Of a DNA stretch of 64,000 nt, positions 38,193 through 47,641 are shown piece after piece; within the stretch, counting starts at the first letter, position 1; each line of letters opens with the position of its first letter. The position numbers and the translations under genes were made by a program. The stretch lies in IMG/VR virus record IMGVR_UViG_3300035191_000049; one strand, written 5' to 3'. A model generated the notes under the pieces. That model did not search any database, had not been told where the DNA came from, and was given only the letters and a program-made list of their open reading frames with translations. Origin of the DNA: a virus.

Positions 38193-39590
38193 ATGCCCAA
38201 GCTCGTAGGACCAGGACGAACATTCACGCGACGCGAGGACCGCTCTTTCTTCCATGCCTGGATCGCAGATTCTCGGACCAAGTCAACGGCACCACTCGCA
38301 GCTCCGAATGTCTCCAAACAGACCACTTTCAGGCAGCGTGACAATCGGATCATGCTCTTCATGACCGACCAGGAAGACGAGACCCGCACGAACATGCCCT
38401 GTCCTGGGATGTTTCCCAGCGACTCGACGATGCAGATCAAAGAGCTGACCATCAGCGCCCGGTTCACCGACAACAAGCTCCTCGCTGACTTCATCCGAGG
38501 GGGCATTGTAACACTCAGCGTCGGCGACAAGCCCTGCGCTGTTTTGCCGGCGATGTACATGGCCGACCCTGCGACCCTCGAAACTCTTCTGCCAGAAGAC
38601 GGGAAGCCCGAAGGACTCAAGGGCAAGCTCATGCTCCGAAGAGCCATCGCGGTTCCACCACGACAGGGCATCCACGCAATGCTGGAGGTCCCTTCCAACA
38701 TCGCCGACCAGTTCTGCGACATCGAACATGGTCGCCGGAGGGAGTACGCAGAGGTTCGCGTCGAGCTAAACGGCCGTCACTCCTCCTACGTCTATGAGAA
38801 CGACCTCTCGCCTGAAGAGCTGGAAGAGGCTCTCAAAGAAATCGCTGAGCACGAGGAGCGCATTCGTCGCGCTGAGTACGAGAACCCACCCGGAATGCGG
38901 TGGGGGCTCTCCCACGAAGAGGCGAGCAGGCTCATTCGCCAGCAGCTCAAAGAGAAGCACGGATTTGACGACTACAACGCCGAGTACACCGAAATCGACC
39001 TGGAGCACGAGAAAGAAAACCCTCTCAGCGAAATGGACCTCGTCAAGCTCAACCTCGGTCAGCAACCGGAGAATGCAGCACCTGGAACACTCTACTTCGA
39101 CGAAGACAAAGAAGTCTTCCGAATGAAGATGCCAGACGGCGAATGGGACGATGCTTGGTGGCTGCAGCCAGCCGACAGGATGCTCGACGAGTTCGCGGAG
39201 AAGCTCACAAAGAAGCTCATATCCACGACCGGCTCCGCTCTGCCCGTCGAGAAGGTGCGCGAAGCTCTCGCCGAGACACTCGTCGAGGTCGTCACCCCAG
39301 ACGACGATGGACTGATGGAGATCGGCTCGCAGATCGACCCATCGCTCCCAGAAGAGTGGCGCAAAGCCATTCGGGAGGAGAGTAAGAAGTATCTCTCCGA
39401 TTACATCGACGAGAACGAGGTCGCCGACGGCGAGGTCTACAGGAGGCTCGGCGACGCCGCGGTCAAGGTCACAGAGGCCAGGCTCATCAACAAAGACATG
39501 ACCGCCAACGACTGCATTCGCGTTTTCAAGCAGGCTCTCGGGCTCCCCACTGTCGGCTCCGACTGGAGCCCAGACGACTATCTCAAGTAA
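38193..39590 (+). CDS. hypothetical protein, paralog B with C-terminal extension
   Basis: paralogous N-terminal domain to 37524..38183. Confidence 0.5.
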   Translation: MPKLVGPGRTFTRREDRSFFHAWIADSRTKSTAPLAAPNVSKQTTFRQRDNRIMLFMTDQEDETRTNMPCPGMFPSDSTMQIKELTISARFTDNKLLADFIRGGIVTLSVGDKPCAVLPAMYMADPATLETLLPEDGKPEGLKGKLMLRRAIAVPPRQGIHAMLEVPSNIADQFCDIEHGRRREYAEVRVELNGRHSSYVYENDLSPEELEEALKEIAEHEERIRRAEYENPPGMRWGLSHEEASRLIRQQLKEKHGFDDYNAEYTEIDLEHEKENPLSEMDLVKLNLGQQPENAAPGTLYFDEDKEVFRMKMPDGEWDDAWWLQPADRMLDEFAEKLTKKLISTTGSALPVEKVREALAETLVEVVTPDDDGLMEIGSQIDPSLPEEWRKAIREESKKYLSDYIDENEVADGEVYRRLGDAAVKVTEARLINKDMTANDCIRVFKQALGLPTVGSDWSPDDYLK

Positions 39591-39678
39591 TCAAAACGAC
39601 AGCTCGGCAAGGGGATCGTCGTCAGGATACGAGACGATCGATCTAAGGACCGCCTCTCTTTGACGCTCCTCCTCGTTA

Positions 39679-40536
39679 GTGTCGTCCGTCATGAGGATTA
39701 TGCTATCATATGCATCGAAACCAATGCGCCTTGATCTCGAACTCGGAATCAATCTGAACACCGTCTACCGCGGCACACAGCGCCGCGACATTAAAGGCGC
39801 TCGCAAAGGTCTTTCCTTCACGCCGTCGCTCCCGGTAGCTGTCATATGGTCCGCACGTCCTGGGGACGTTTGGTCTCGAACAAGAACAGCGTTCTTGCCG
39901 ACCTCAACAGTGCACACAGCGCAGCTCCGTTTGCGCAACCCGCTCATTCTCGGCGAAGGGTGCTACAACTCGCTCTCGAATATCCTGAAGATGCTGCGCT
40001 ACGACTACGTCGGCGGGATTTCCGAGGGAGAGGTTACCAAGATCTACAACTACCTACACAACCGTCTCATTGGAAAGGCCAAGGGCGGCGAGTTTTTGTT
40101 CAAGGTTCTTGACGAAGACTATGAAGAAATTGACGACGACGTCGTACCGTTCAGCCTTTCGATTCCAGATACACTCATTTCATGGGTAGCCCGAGAAGAG
40201 TGGCATGAAGAGCCGACGATCGAAACAGCCGCGCACCTGGTAGCAGACACCTATATATTCGTCGACGCGCCGGCTGTCCAGCGGGCTGCTTTGTCCCAAG
40301 GCTACGATTCCATCGTCTACGTCGACGTATTCGCCGGAGGCACATGGGCCGCAGAGGATCTACTGGGCTGCGACGTCGAGGAGCTGGACGGCATCACCAT
40401 GGACTATGACATCGAAGACGAATACGTCCCGACCCACTGGTCGCTGCGCCTGCTCGACGCAGACATCGTCGAATCGATGACAGCAAAACCTACCGAAGAA
40501 ATCGTTGCAACAGTCGATCTATGTGAACCCGTGTAG
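39679..40536 (+). CDS. hypothetical protein (start uncertain)
   Basis: ORF; TATCATATGCAT palindrome lies at its 5' end so true start may be 39724. Confidence 0.35.
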   Translation: MSSVMRIMLSYASKPMRLDLELGINLNTVYRGTQRRDIKGARKGLSFTPSLPVAVIWSARPGDVWSRTRTAFLPTSTVHTAQLRLRNPLILGEGCYNSLSNILKMLRYDYVGGISEGEVTKIYNYLHNRLIGKAKGGEFLFKVLDEDYEEIDDDVVPFSLSIPDTLISWVAREEWHEEPTIETAAHLVADTYIFVDAPAVQRAALSQGYDSIVYVDVFAGGTWAAEDLLGCDVEELDGITMDYDIEDEYVPTHWSLRLLDADIVESMTAKPTEEIVATVDLCEPV

Positions 40537-41004
40537 CCGAGCCCACTCTTCATAGTCGATCCACACCACGTAGGTCCCGCGGTCATTTTCATCTCCAGGA
40601 TGTTTTTTACCTTCAATCCGAGGACAGCGCTTGTTCGGGCAGCTCGTCGGCGTGGGGAAGTCCCAGAATTCCTCATCGCAGTTGAGGCAGCGGTACTTGG
40701 CGTCCTGCTGCTGAATGCGCGTAGAGCGGCACCGAGGACAGTTCGTCTTCGAGTTCGGTGGCCCCCACCAGATACCTTGCTCCTCATCAAACCCGTACCT
40801 GCACTCCTGGCAGCGCCACCGAGTATGAGGCTTGCAACTGTGCTGAAAGCTCAGGGGCTCATTGGGTTCGAGGTCGTCAGGATGGATGGGAATGTGTTGC
40901 GTCCCATGATCCCAATGGCGCTTCCGGGCCTTCTGCGCCGCCGCTTCGGAGATCTTGCTCTTGCGCTTGCGGCCCTTCTTTTTCTTAGCTTTATTCTTCT
41001 TCAT
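40519..41004 (-). CDS. Lys-rich multi-zinc-ribbon protein
   Basis: CQECRYG, CPRCRS, CLNCDEE, CPNKRCPR. Confidence 0.5.
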   Translation of the reverse strand: MKKNKAKKKKGRKRKSKISEAAAQKARKRHWDHGTQHIPIHPDDLEPNEPLSFQHSCKPHTRWRCQECRYGFDEEQGIWWGPPNSKTNCPRCRSTRIQQQDAKYRCLNCDEEFWDFPTPTSCPNKRCPRIEGKKHPGDENDRGTYVVWIDYEEWARLHGFT

Positions 41005-41222
41005 CTCATGACGATAGGACTGCCGTCAGGACCAAAGAGAAGAGCACCCTCCTCGACCTCGCGTTGCTGGATCGCCTTGGCGCTCGATCGGAAGGGTTCA
41101 GCGAGGCCAGGGCAGGAAACGTCGATGTCTTGCCACTCTCCCGTCTCGCAGTCGCGGCGAAGGCCGCTGAAGTAGGCAGTCAGTATTGGGTCTGTGCGTT
41201 GATGATTCGGCAACCAGAGCAT
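41001..41222 (-). CDS. hypothetical protein
   Basis: ATGA coupling. Confidence 0.4.
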   Translation of the reverse strand: MLWLPNHQRTDPILTAYFSGLRRDCETGEWQDIDVSCPGLAEPFRSSAKAIQQREVEEGALLFGPDGSPIVMR

Positions 41223-41401
41223 CAGTACCGTTCCCGATAGGTGCGCTTGTTGATGCGGCGGGGCACCGGTTTTCGGCTCCGGATGTTCCGCATGCGGGTG
41301 GGCTCAGAAGCGTAGAGCCACCAGAGACTTTTGAGTTTGCGTTGTGTGCGGGCCTTCGCCCGCTCAGTGAGGTGTCGACGATGGCAGCGGGAGCGGGCCA
41401 T
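41221..41401 (-). CDS. small Arg-rich basic protein (~59 aa)
   Basis: ORF below track cutoff, stop overlaps next ATG. Confidence 0.25.
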
Positions 41402-41877
41402 TACCGCGCTCGCTGGCCCAAAAGGTATACGAAGGTCTCGTGAGTATTTGCCGAGGCGGCGAGTTGATCGTTGAGCCCGAGGCTGAGCATGCCTTGTTCT
41501 TCCAGCTCCTCGAACATATCGGAGATGAATGAGAGATATGCCTGCTCCAGGGCCATTCCAGCTTCTGCGAGCTGTTGTGGGTCCATCTCTGAGGGAGAGG
41601 GGCCTCCCTTGAGAATTTTCAAGGCTGCGGCAGCGACCGACTGGGGGTTCGCAAGCTCCATATTTCCAGTCAGGCCAATGCCCTTCTCGACAGCCCCATC
41701 CACCTCGTCCTGAATCGACGTGTAAATCTTGTCGTAGAGCTTCGCATGGTCACCGGAAAAAGACGTTCCCCGGACGACATGGTGAGCTGCGTGGAACCAC
41801 ATGTGGAGCGCCCTCAGCCACGCAATCCGCTGAGCGAGCAGATTTTCGAGCTGTTGATTGCCGGCATATTCGTACAT
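41401..41877 (-). CDS. dps: Dps/ferritin-like protein
   Basis: 'LENLLAQRIAWLRALHMWFHAAHHVVRGTSFSGDHAKLYDKIYTSIQDEVDGAVEKG' matches Dps helix A/B ferroxidase pattern; GGAGG RBS. Confidence 0.55.
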   Translation of the reverse strand: MYEYAGNQQLENLLAQRIAWLRALHMWFHAAHHVVRGTSFSGDHAKLYDKIYTSIQDEVDGAVEKGIGLTGNMELANPQSVAAAALKILKGGPSPSEMDPQQLAEAGMALEQAYLSFISDMFEELEEQGMLSLGLNDQLAASANTHETFVYLLGQRAR

Positions 41878-41902
41878 CGGGCCTCCTAGCAGACCAAGAA
41901 TA

Positions 41903-42118
41903 TCATGCTGTTCTTTCAGCTTCCAGGTCTTCGAGGCCCTCTTCGATATAAATCCTGTGCTCTCGTCGATGGAACTTCGACGTGGTTCGCTTGATGACTT
42001 TTCGGTCTGTGATAGAGCAGGCGCCCCCGGGACCAGAGCCCCGGAGACCCTTTAGCTTCAGGTTGCGAGACCAGCTATAGAGGCGACGACGGTTGTAGTT
42101 GTGACCGCTGTGACTCAT
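41903..42118 (-). CDS. small basic hypothetical protein
   Basis: ATGA coupling to HNH gene. Confidence 0.35.
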   Translation of the reverse strand: MSHSGHNYNRRRLYSWSRNLKLKGLRGSGPGGACSITDRKVIKRTTSKFHRREHRIYIEEGLEDLEAERTA

Positions 42119-42648
42119 CAGTCCTCGACCAGCTTGCCATGCCAGTACAGCCAGTTGGCCCACGCTTCAGGAATCGAGTCTGCCTCGTCGACGTGGAAGG
42201 CCACGAGCGGGAGGCTCTTCGGCTTAACCGGCTTCTTGAGGAGCTGCATCCTCGCTTGTTCCGGAGTCCTGCCAGCCTTCTTGTGGTTGCAGTCGTAGCA
42301 GCTCGTAACGATGTTCTCCCAGGTGGTTCTTCCGCCCTGCGACTTCGGAACAACGTGGTCGTAGTTGAGCTGCTTGGTCTTTTTCTTTTCACCGCAATAC
42401 TGACACTTCCACCCGTCACGGAGCAGCACGTTCATGCGGCTGAATTTCACCGCGCGACGCCTGGTGATTCGCTTGAGCAAACGCACTACAGCCGGCATCT
42501 TCATGACGAACGTCGCCGAAGCAATGTCCTCGTCGTACTCTTCGACGACCTCTGCGACCTGGCGAAAAATCATCACGATGGCGCGTTGCCAGCTCACGAT
42601 GCGATGGGGTTGATACCCCTGGTCCAAAACGAGCACTTTTTCAGTCAT
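42118..42648 (-). CDS. HNH endonuclease
   Basis: 'WKCQYCGEK...NYDHVVPKSQGG..TWENIVTSCYDCNHKK'; GAGGGGAGG RBS. Confidence 0.7.
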   Translation of the reverse strand: MTEKVLVLDQGYQPHRIVSWQRAIVMIFRQVAEVVEEYDEDIASATFVMKMPAVVRLLKRITRRRAVKFSRMNVLLRDGWKCQYCGEKKKTKQLNYDHVVPKSQGGRTTWENIVTSCYDCNHKKAGRTPEQARMQLLKKPVKPKSLPLVAFHVDEADSIPEAWANWLYWHGKLVED

Positions 42649-42799
42649 GGCGTCCTCCCCTCAAATGTCGCTTGCATTCCTCTGGTGCTTGTAGTCCTGT
42701 GATCGTTCGGACGCTTCTGAGGATAGCATTCTGACACCGACGCTCTCTACTCTCCATCCGTCGACCCATCGGCCGTCGATGCCCTTCAGTTTGAGGTAT

Positions 42800-43360
42800 T
42801 TACCCTTCCTTGCGAATCTCTCCGGGATAAAAGACGTCGTCCGCAGGCTTCCCAAGCTCATCAAACACTGCCTGTGATACTGACGTCCCATCCCGCAAAA
42901 CCTGTATCGCCACCCGCACGTGCCAGTCGAGAAGACCCTCCTTCCAGCTCGTCTTGAGGAGGTGCTCCATGTGAGGCTCCATGTCGTTGTCGTCGTCGAG
43001 GATAACAAATCGCTCGACGTCGTCTCTCTTTGACAACCAGGCATCAATCTCTTGTCCACGAACCTTGTAGCCGCCTTTCGTTGGCGTAAAGTCGATAATG
43101 TCAGCCCTGACCCCAGCAGACTTCATCATCTCTTGGAAGTCCACCAGCTTGTATCCGTGTCGCCAAGATGACGAGATCACCACCTTGGCATCTGTCTCAG
43201 CGAGTATCCAATTCAGCCGCTTCACAGCAGCAGGGTCGATGCTATCGTCAGGCCACCTGGAACTCGGAGAACGGATGTTCCGCTTTTTCTTCTTTTCAAA
43301 CTCTTCAAACCAGCGGGCTGAGTTCATCACCCCATCCATGTCGAGAAAGATCACCAACAT
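42800..43360 (-). CDS. HAD-family hydrolase
   Basis: motif I 'VIFLDMDGV'; 'FVILDDDND'. Confidence 0.5.
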   Translation of the reverse strand: MLVIFLDMDGVMNSARWFEEFEKKKKRNIRSPSSRWPDDSIDPAAVKRLNWILAETDAKVVISSSWRHGYKLVDFQEMMKSAGVRADIIDFTPTKGGYKVRGQEIDAWLSKRDDVERFVILDDDNDMEPHMEHLLKTSWKEGLLDWHVRVAIQVLRDGTSVSQAVFDELGKPADDVFYPGEIRKEG

Positions 43361-43382
43361 CGCCGCCTCCGCCCAGATTCCG

Positions 43383-43976
43383 TCAAGAAAATAATAGACC
43401 CTGCTTAGGTTGAGGCGTCTCTATAGTCGCCACTTTTCCAGCTTCGGGTCCGAAGATCACTGCCTTGGCTTCGCAGTACTCAGGATAGCGTTCCCGAAGC
43501 GTTGGCAGCGGCGTTCCAGCAAGCGCGACATGATGCACTGTCTCCAGAGGAGGCCAGCTCATCGTCACGCCAAGCGGCTCGACAGTCTTCGTTACCATCA
43601 GGCCACACGCTTCTGGACAGGTCAGTACCACCAAGTCCGAATGCTCTGACAGGAGCTGAGCGATCCCGCCACGGAGCTTCTTCCGCGCCGTCCCCTGCCA
43701 GTAGAGGACGTTTCGGAGCTGCCGATCCGTCCAGTCCGGATGCTTACTTTTCATCCTCAGGACGTGCGAACCGATATCGAATGCGCTCACCACCGCAAAT
43801 ACTGTTTTTTCCAAGTCAATGACCCGGTGAAGCGGAGGAGCTTTCGGAGGACAATCGAACCGGCCCTTCTTGTTCCAGTTCGGACACCCCTTCGGGTGTC
43901 CAGCGTAGGGCTTCTTGCAGACCTTACGGATTCCCGTATCGATGATGGGCGTCACTTCACCGATAATAATCGTCAT
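43383..43976 (-). CDS. hypothetical protein (CKKPYAGHPKGCPNW)
   Basis: ORF coupled to radical SAM gene. Confidence 0.45.
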   Translation of the reverse strand: MTIIIGEVTPIIDTGIRKVCKKPYAGHPKGCPNWNKKGRFDCPPKAPPLHRVIDLEKTVFAVVSAFDIGSHVLRMKSKHPDWTDRQLRNVLYWQGTARKKLRGGIAQLLSEHSDLVVLTCPEACGLMVTKTVEPLGVTMSWPPLETVHHVALAGTPLPTLRERYPEYCEAKAVIFGPEAGKVATIETPQPKQGLLFS

Positions 43977-44872
43977 GGCCAGTCATCCGCGTGATGAACC
44001 GGGCAGCGGTTCGGGTTTTCTTCGTGCCACAGCCGCAACCTGTTGAACGGTCTCGACTCCAGCGCTTCTTGAATCGTCATCGGACCCTCGAAGTCGCCCC
44101 TCTTCCCCTTGAATACCTCGCAGGGGAGAAGGATACCTTCAGGCGTTACAACGATTTTTTCAATCGCAGAACAGCTCTTCTGCTGCCTCACAGGAACAGC
44201 ATGATTGAAGGGCGCCCCGAGGTTCACCTTCGTCGTATACCCTGCCAAGGCTCGATGAGCGAAGGCCTCTATGTCCCACTTGGGCATATCCAGCTTGGAA
44301 ACGATAGCCCTTCCCTGAGAGACGAGTCGAAGGACATTGATCTGACGAACACCGACCTTGGTTGCAGCGGGTATCATCTCCCACAACTCATTGTCGTTGT
44401 ACTTCGTGGGAACAAAGTTGACGTCGACCGTAACCTCTGACTCGCGACAGACAATGACTGATTGCGCCGCACGCCAGAAGCTCCCCTTCGAGTTCGTCAA
44501 CATGTCGTGAACACGGTAGTCAGCAGACAGGACATTGAAGGCCACGACAGCGCCAAGCTCCTTGAGTTTCGCAGCCTGCCTCTGAGAGAGAGGCTCTTTC
44601 AGCCCAGCCCTCAGGACGGTTCCCGACGTATAAACGTGGATCTCAAATCCTCGCTTCGCTGCCTCGCTGGCTATCTCCCAAAAGAACGTATGCATCAACG
44701 GCTCGCCGCCGCTGAAATTTATCCTCTTGGCGCCATGCGCGACCGCCTCGTCCATCAGCCGCTTGGCTGTCTCTGGGCTGATCCGCTTAAGCTCCTCAGG
44801 GCCAGATTTTGACGAACAGTGTTGACAGTCATGAGGACACTGAGCTGTCAGCTCTAGTGTAATTTCTTGCAT
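43973..44872 (-). CDS. radical SAM enzyme
   Basis: 'CPHDCQHC' CX3CX2C. Confidence 0.65.
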   Translation of the reverse strand: MQEITLELTAQCPHDCQHCSSKSGPEELKRISPETAKRLMDEAVAHGAKRINFSGGEPLMHTFFWEIASEAAKRGFEIHVYTSGTVLRAGLKEPLSQRQAAKLKELGAVVAFNVLSADYRVHDMLTNSKGSFWRAAQSVIVCRESEVTVDVNFVPTKYNDNELWEMIPAATKVGVRQINVLRLVSQGRAIVSKLDMPKWDIEAFAHRALAGYTTKVNLGAPFNHAVPVRQQKSCSAIEKIVVTPEGILLPCEVFKGKRGDFEGPMTIQEALESRPFNRLRLWHEENPNRCPVHHADDWP

Positions 44873-44914
44873 TTACGAACGTTCCCCTTTTTTGTTTCAG
44901 TGGCGCCTCTCCGT

Positions 44915-44971
44915 AAACCAAAACAGGGTTTATGTTTACCAGGCCCCGCTCGGTAAACATGAGAGGGGTTT
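44915..44971. repeat. two copies of GGGTTTATGTTTACCA 41 bp apart, each part of GGTAAAC..GTTTACC inverted repeat
   Basis: direct repeat at 44915-44930 and 44956-44971 at boundary of tRNA island. Confidence 0.5.
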
Positions 44972-44972
44972 A

Positions 44973-45049
44973 TGTTTACCATTGGTAGCGCCGGGGGGAA
45001 TCGAACCCCCAACCGCCCGCTTTTGAGGCGGGACCTCTGCCAAATTGGG
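44973..45049 (-). tRNA. tRNA anticodon CAA (Leu by anticodon) but class I short variable arm, A73, CCA encoded
   Basis: GGATTCGAACC-type T-arm on + strand; loop CTCAAAA. Confidence 0.55.
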
Positions 45050-45063
45050 TTACGGCGCCAAAA

Positions 45064-45312
45064 TCACAGCAAATGCTGTGGAACCGTCCCAACGAACATC
45101 GTTGCGATGTCTGGACGGATATTCGCGATGTCGTCGCTCTTGAGCTGCCTGAGCTTCTTTCGAGCGGGTTCACTCAAGCCCTCAATGACCTCGCCAGGAG
45201 TCCCATGACGACCGAGCAGCTTTCGAGTGCATACCAGGTGCGGTCGCCACATGGCCTGCTCCAACACCTCCAGCGGTGTCTTGTCGTAGTAGTCGTCTCT
45301 CTTCGTCGCCAT
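45064..45312 (-). CDS. hypothetical protein
   Basis: AAAAAGGGGTGAGG RBS. Confidence 0.45.
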   Translation of the reverse strand: MATKRDDYYDKTPLEVLEQAMWRPHLVCTRKLLGRHGTPGEVIEGLSEPARKKLRQLKSDDIANIRPDIATMFVGTVPQHLL

Positions 45313-45329
45313 ACCTCACCCCTTTTTCT

Positions 45330-45405
45330 TGGTACGCGCCGAGGGAGTCGAACCCTCATCCCCAGGGTTTAAACCTGGTCCCTTTACCAGTTAGGGTAGA
45401 CGCGC
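45330..45405 (-). tRNA. tRNA anticodon UAA (Leu by anticodon), class I
   Basis: loop TTTAAAC, D-arm CCCT/AGGG, A73, CCA encoded. Confidence 0.55.
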
Positions 45406-45582
45406 ATCTGACAATCTGGGATCCTCACCCTGAACTTATGCAGCGGGTCCTTGCAGATGCAGTAGCATCCCTCAACCCTGAGCAGCTCAGCATCGAGCAC
45501 CCCACACGCCTCTTCACAACTGTAGTCTGAGCCACTATCAATAATCCCCAGGATTATTACAATGATCACCCGCCACATTTAG

Positions 45583-45665
45583 TGCCGCCGAGAGGAGTCG
45601 AACCTCCACGGGCTTTCGCCCACCTGGCCCTCAACCAAGCGTGTCTACCATTTCACCACAGCGGC
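45583..45665 (-). tRNA. tRNA-Leu(GAG), class II
   Basis: long variable arm GGGCGAAAGCCC; loop TTGAGGG. Confidence 0.6.
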
Positions 45666-45679
45666 ATACCACGATATAT

Positions 45680-45976
45680 CTAACGACGAGCGGCCTCGAT
45701 GACGACGAAGCCAGAGGCGACTCCGAGAGCTGTCCAGCCTGCGTTCCCTTCAGAGCGGCGCCAGGCGAAATATCCTGTCGCAAAGGGAAGCAGGAAAGCT
45801 GCAAGCGCCGCGACCCGATGGCCCGGGACGTAACGAGAACAGCGCTGATTGATCGGTACTTTTAGGGCGCAGTGCCCCGAAGCCAGCCAGGTCTTGACTG
45901 ACCTCGTATCGCCAAAGGACCGATCCAACCACTGATCGAATTCAAGCGTGTCCAGAAACTGACTCACTTGTGACAT
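45680..45976 (-). CDS. hypothetical membrane-associated protein
   Basis: GAGGAGAG RBS. Confidence 0.4.
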   Translation of the reverse strand: MSQVSQFLDTLEFDQWLDRSFGDTRSVKTWLASGHCALKVPINQRCSRYVPGHRVAALAAFLLPFATGYFAWRRSEGNAGWTALGVASGFVVIEAARR

Positions 45977-46142
45977 TTTCTCTCCTCACGTCAGCCACCC
46001 AGTGATGACCGTTCTCGCAAACCATGTCTGCATAGTGATCGAATCGGTGAGTCACCTTCGACTTCAGAGCCCCACACTTTTCACAGGGGCCGTGCTTGAT
46101 CGTGCCTTCACCGTCAGCCCTTTCGTATCGTTCCGAAGTCAT
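45942..46142 (-). CDS. zinc-ribbon protein
   Basis: CEKC..C..H. Confidence 0.4.
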   Translation of the reverse strand: MTSERYERADGEGTIKHGPCEKCGALKSKVTHRFDHYADMVCENGHHWVADVRRENVTSESVSGHA

Positions 46143-46160
46143 AACACTATCTTTCTACCC

Positions 46161-46248
46161 TGGTGCGTGAGAGAGGAGTCGAACCTCCACGGCCTCTAAG
46201 GGCCACCAGCTCCTGAGGCTGGCGTGTCTACCATTTCACCACTCACGC
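46161..46248 (-). tRNA. tRNA-Leu(CAG), class II, CCA encoded
   Basis: loop CTCAGGA; variable arm GGCCCTTAGAGGCC. Confidence 0.65.
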
Positions 46249-46302
46249 AAAGACGCAGCATGATTATACATCGTGCCACGCCTCACCCCGAGATAAACCC
46301 GG

Positions 46303-46374
46303 TGCCCACGGGGGGAGTCGAACCCCCACCTCCGGCGCCTCGGGCCGGTCCTCTGCCAATTGGGGTACGTGGGC
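46303..46374 (-). tRNA. tRNA class I, anticodon probably GAG (loop CCGAGGC lacks U33)
   Basis: acceptor GCCCACG/CGTGGGC; body paralogous to 44973 and 47551 tRNAs. Confidence 0.45.
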
Positions 46375-46424
46375 CGAAGTCACACTGACCTTAGCTATTA
46401 AGAGCAGTGTGACATGTCTGTGAT

Positions 46425-47474
46425 CTAAGGTGCCGTCCGAGCTGGACGGAAGCCGAGATTCCGGTCGGAATCCTGGGCGTGTCGGTAACGCTTTGCAGCT
46501 CTTGAGCCACGCCCTTCATCCCAGGCGTAGCCGCCACGGTACACCCTTTGACTGCCTGTTTCAGGCCCCATTGGGTCTGTCACGTCTTCGGCAGTGAACG
46601 GGGCATACCAGTCGTGGGCTGCCTCAAGACGGTTGCCGAGCATGTCATAGAGACCGTAGTCGTTCGGGACAAGCTGCGCTACCGGCTGAACCATTCGTTC
46701 AGAGTTCCCGCAGAACCACGCAATCGAGTCCAAGACAGCATTCGGACTATCGCACCCAAGCTGCTCTTCGGTCAGTGTTCCGTTATAGGTGGACTGCTCA
46801 TGATTTCCACCGCGTGCCGCCGCTTCCCATTCGGCCTCTGTCGGAAGCCTGAAGCCCTCACAGTCGACGATGCGGCCGATTGTCGCACTCACGCTACAAG
46901 AAACGTCGGGTGCTGTTCCGGTGCAATTGTAGCAACGCTCGACACCCTCCTCATCGGACAAGACGTTGCAGTAAGCCGCCGCCTCGTTCCAGGAGACGCT
47001 GCCAACGGGACAGCTCCCGTCACAGCCCTCTTCCGTTGTCGGGTCATAACCCATCCGCCGCTCGAACTGATACTGCGTCACCTCGGTCGTCTGAATCTCG
47101 AAGTTGAAGGTGAGAAAAACCCGATGCCTCGTTTCATCGTCCTCGTGCCCGGGCTGGTGGGATGGCGAGCCAACCTCGAACGCCAAGTCGCGAGTGTAGA
47201 GCGTAACCCACTCCTCGACACACCACAGCTCTTCGCAGTCCCCGTCTCCGTCTCCGTCTCCATCCGCATCGCCGTCGCCATCACCATCGCCATCGGAATC
47301 GCCATCGCCATCGGAGTCCGAGTCGCTATCGCCGTCGCCATCAGAGTCGCCATCTGCATCGCCGTCTGTGACCACGTCGCCATCGATATCTCCATCAGGG
47401 TCCTCAAAGATTCGCCGATCCTCAGCGCAACCAGAAAAAAGCAAGGAAAGTAGCAGCACTAAAAGGGGCCTCAT
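46425..47474 (-). CDS. secreted lipoprotein with Asp-Gly-Asp repeats and C-terminal FGE/sulfatase-modifying-factor domain
   Basis: lipobox 'LLFSGC'; (DGD/DSD)n repeat; 'GFRLPTEAEWEAAARGG' and 'RVYRGGYAWDEG...RYRHAQDSDRNLGFRPART'. Confidence 0.6.
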   Translation of the reverse strand: MRPLLVLLLSLLFSGCAEDRRIFEDPDGDIDGDVVTDGDADGDSDGDGDSDSDSDGDGDSDGDGDGDGDADGDGDGDGDCEELWCVEEWVTLYTRDLAFEVGSPSHQPGHEDDETRHRVFLTFNFEIQTTEVTQYQFERRMGYDPTTEEGCDGSCPVGSVSWNEAAAYCNVLSDEEGVERCYNCTGTAPDVSCSVSATIGRIVDCEGFRLPTEAEWEAAARGGNHEQSTYNGTLTEEQLGCDSPNAVLDSIAWFCGNSERMVQPVAQLVPNDYGLYDMLGNRLEAAHDWYAPFTAEDVTDPMGPETGSQRVYRGGYAWDEGRGSRAAKRYRHAQDSDRNLGFRPARTAP

Positions 47475-47550
47475 GCATCCTCCTTCGTTGGCTCCAGGGT
47501 GAGCCGCTTACTCTGACGAAGGTAGCATATGTTATATTCACGTTCAAGGT

Positions 47551-47623
47551 GCCACCGGGGAGATTCGAACTCCCAGCTCCCGGCTCCTAAGGCCGGTCCT
47601 CTGCCAGTTGGGGTACGGTGGCT
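47551..47623 (-). tRNA. tRNA anticodon UAG (Leu by anticodon), class I
   Basis: loop CTTAGGA; A73. Confidence 0.55.
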
Positions 47624-47641
47624 TATAATTCGTCCTGGGGA

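Noticed and set aside
46760-47420. Highly repetitive GACGGCGAT/GCCATCGCC DNA repeats; could look like a CRISPR or satellite
   Set aside because: They encode the in-frame (DGD/DSD)n repeat of the FGE-domain lipoprotein; no spacer structure
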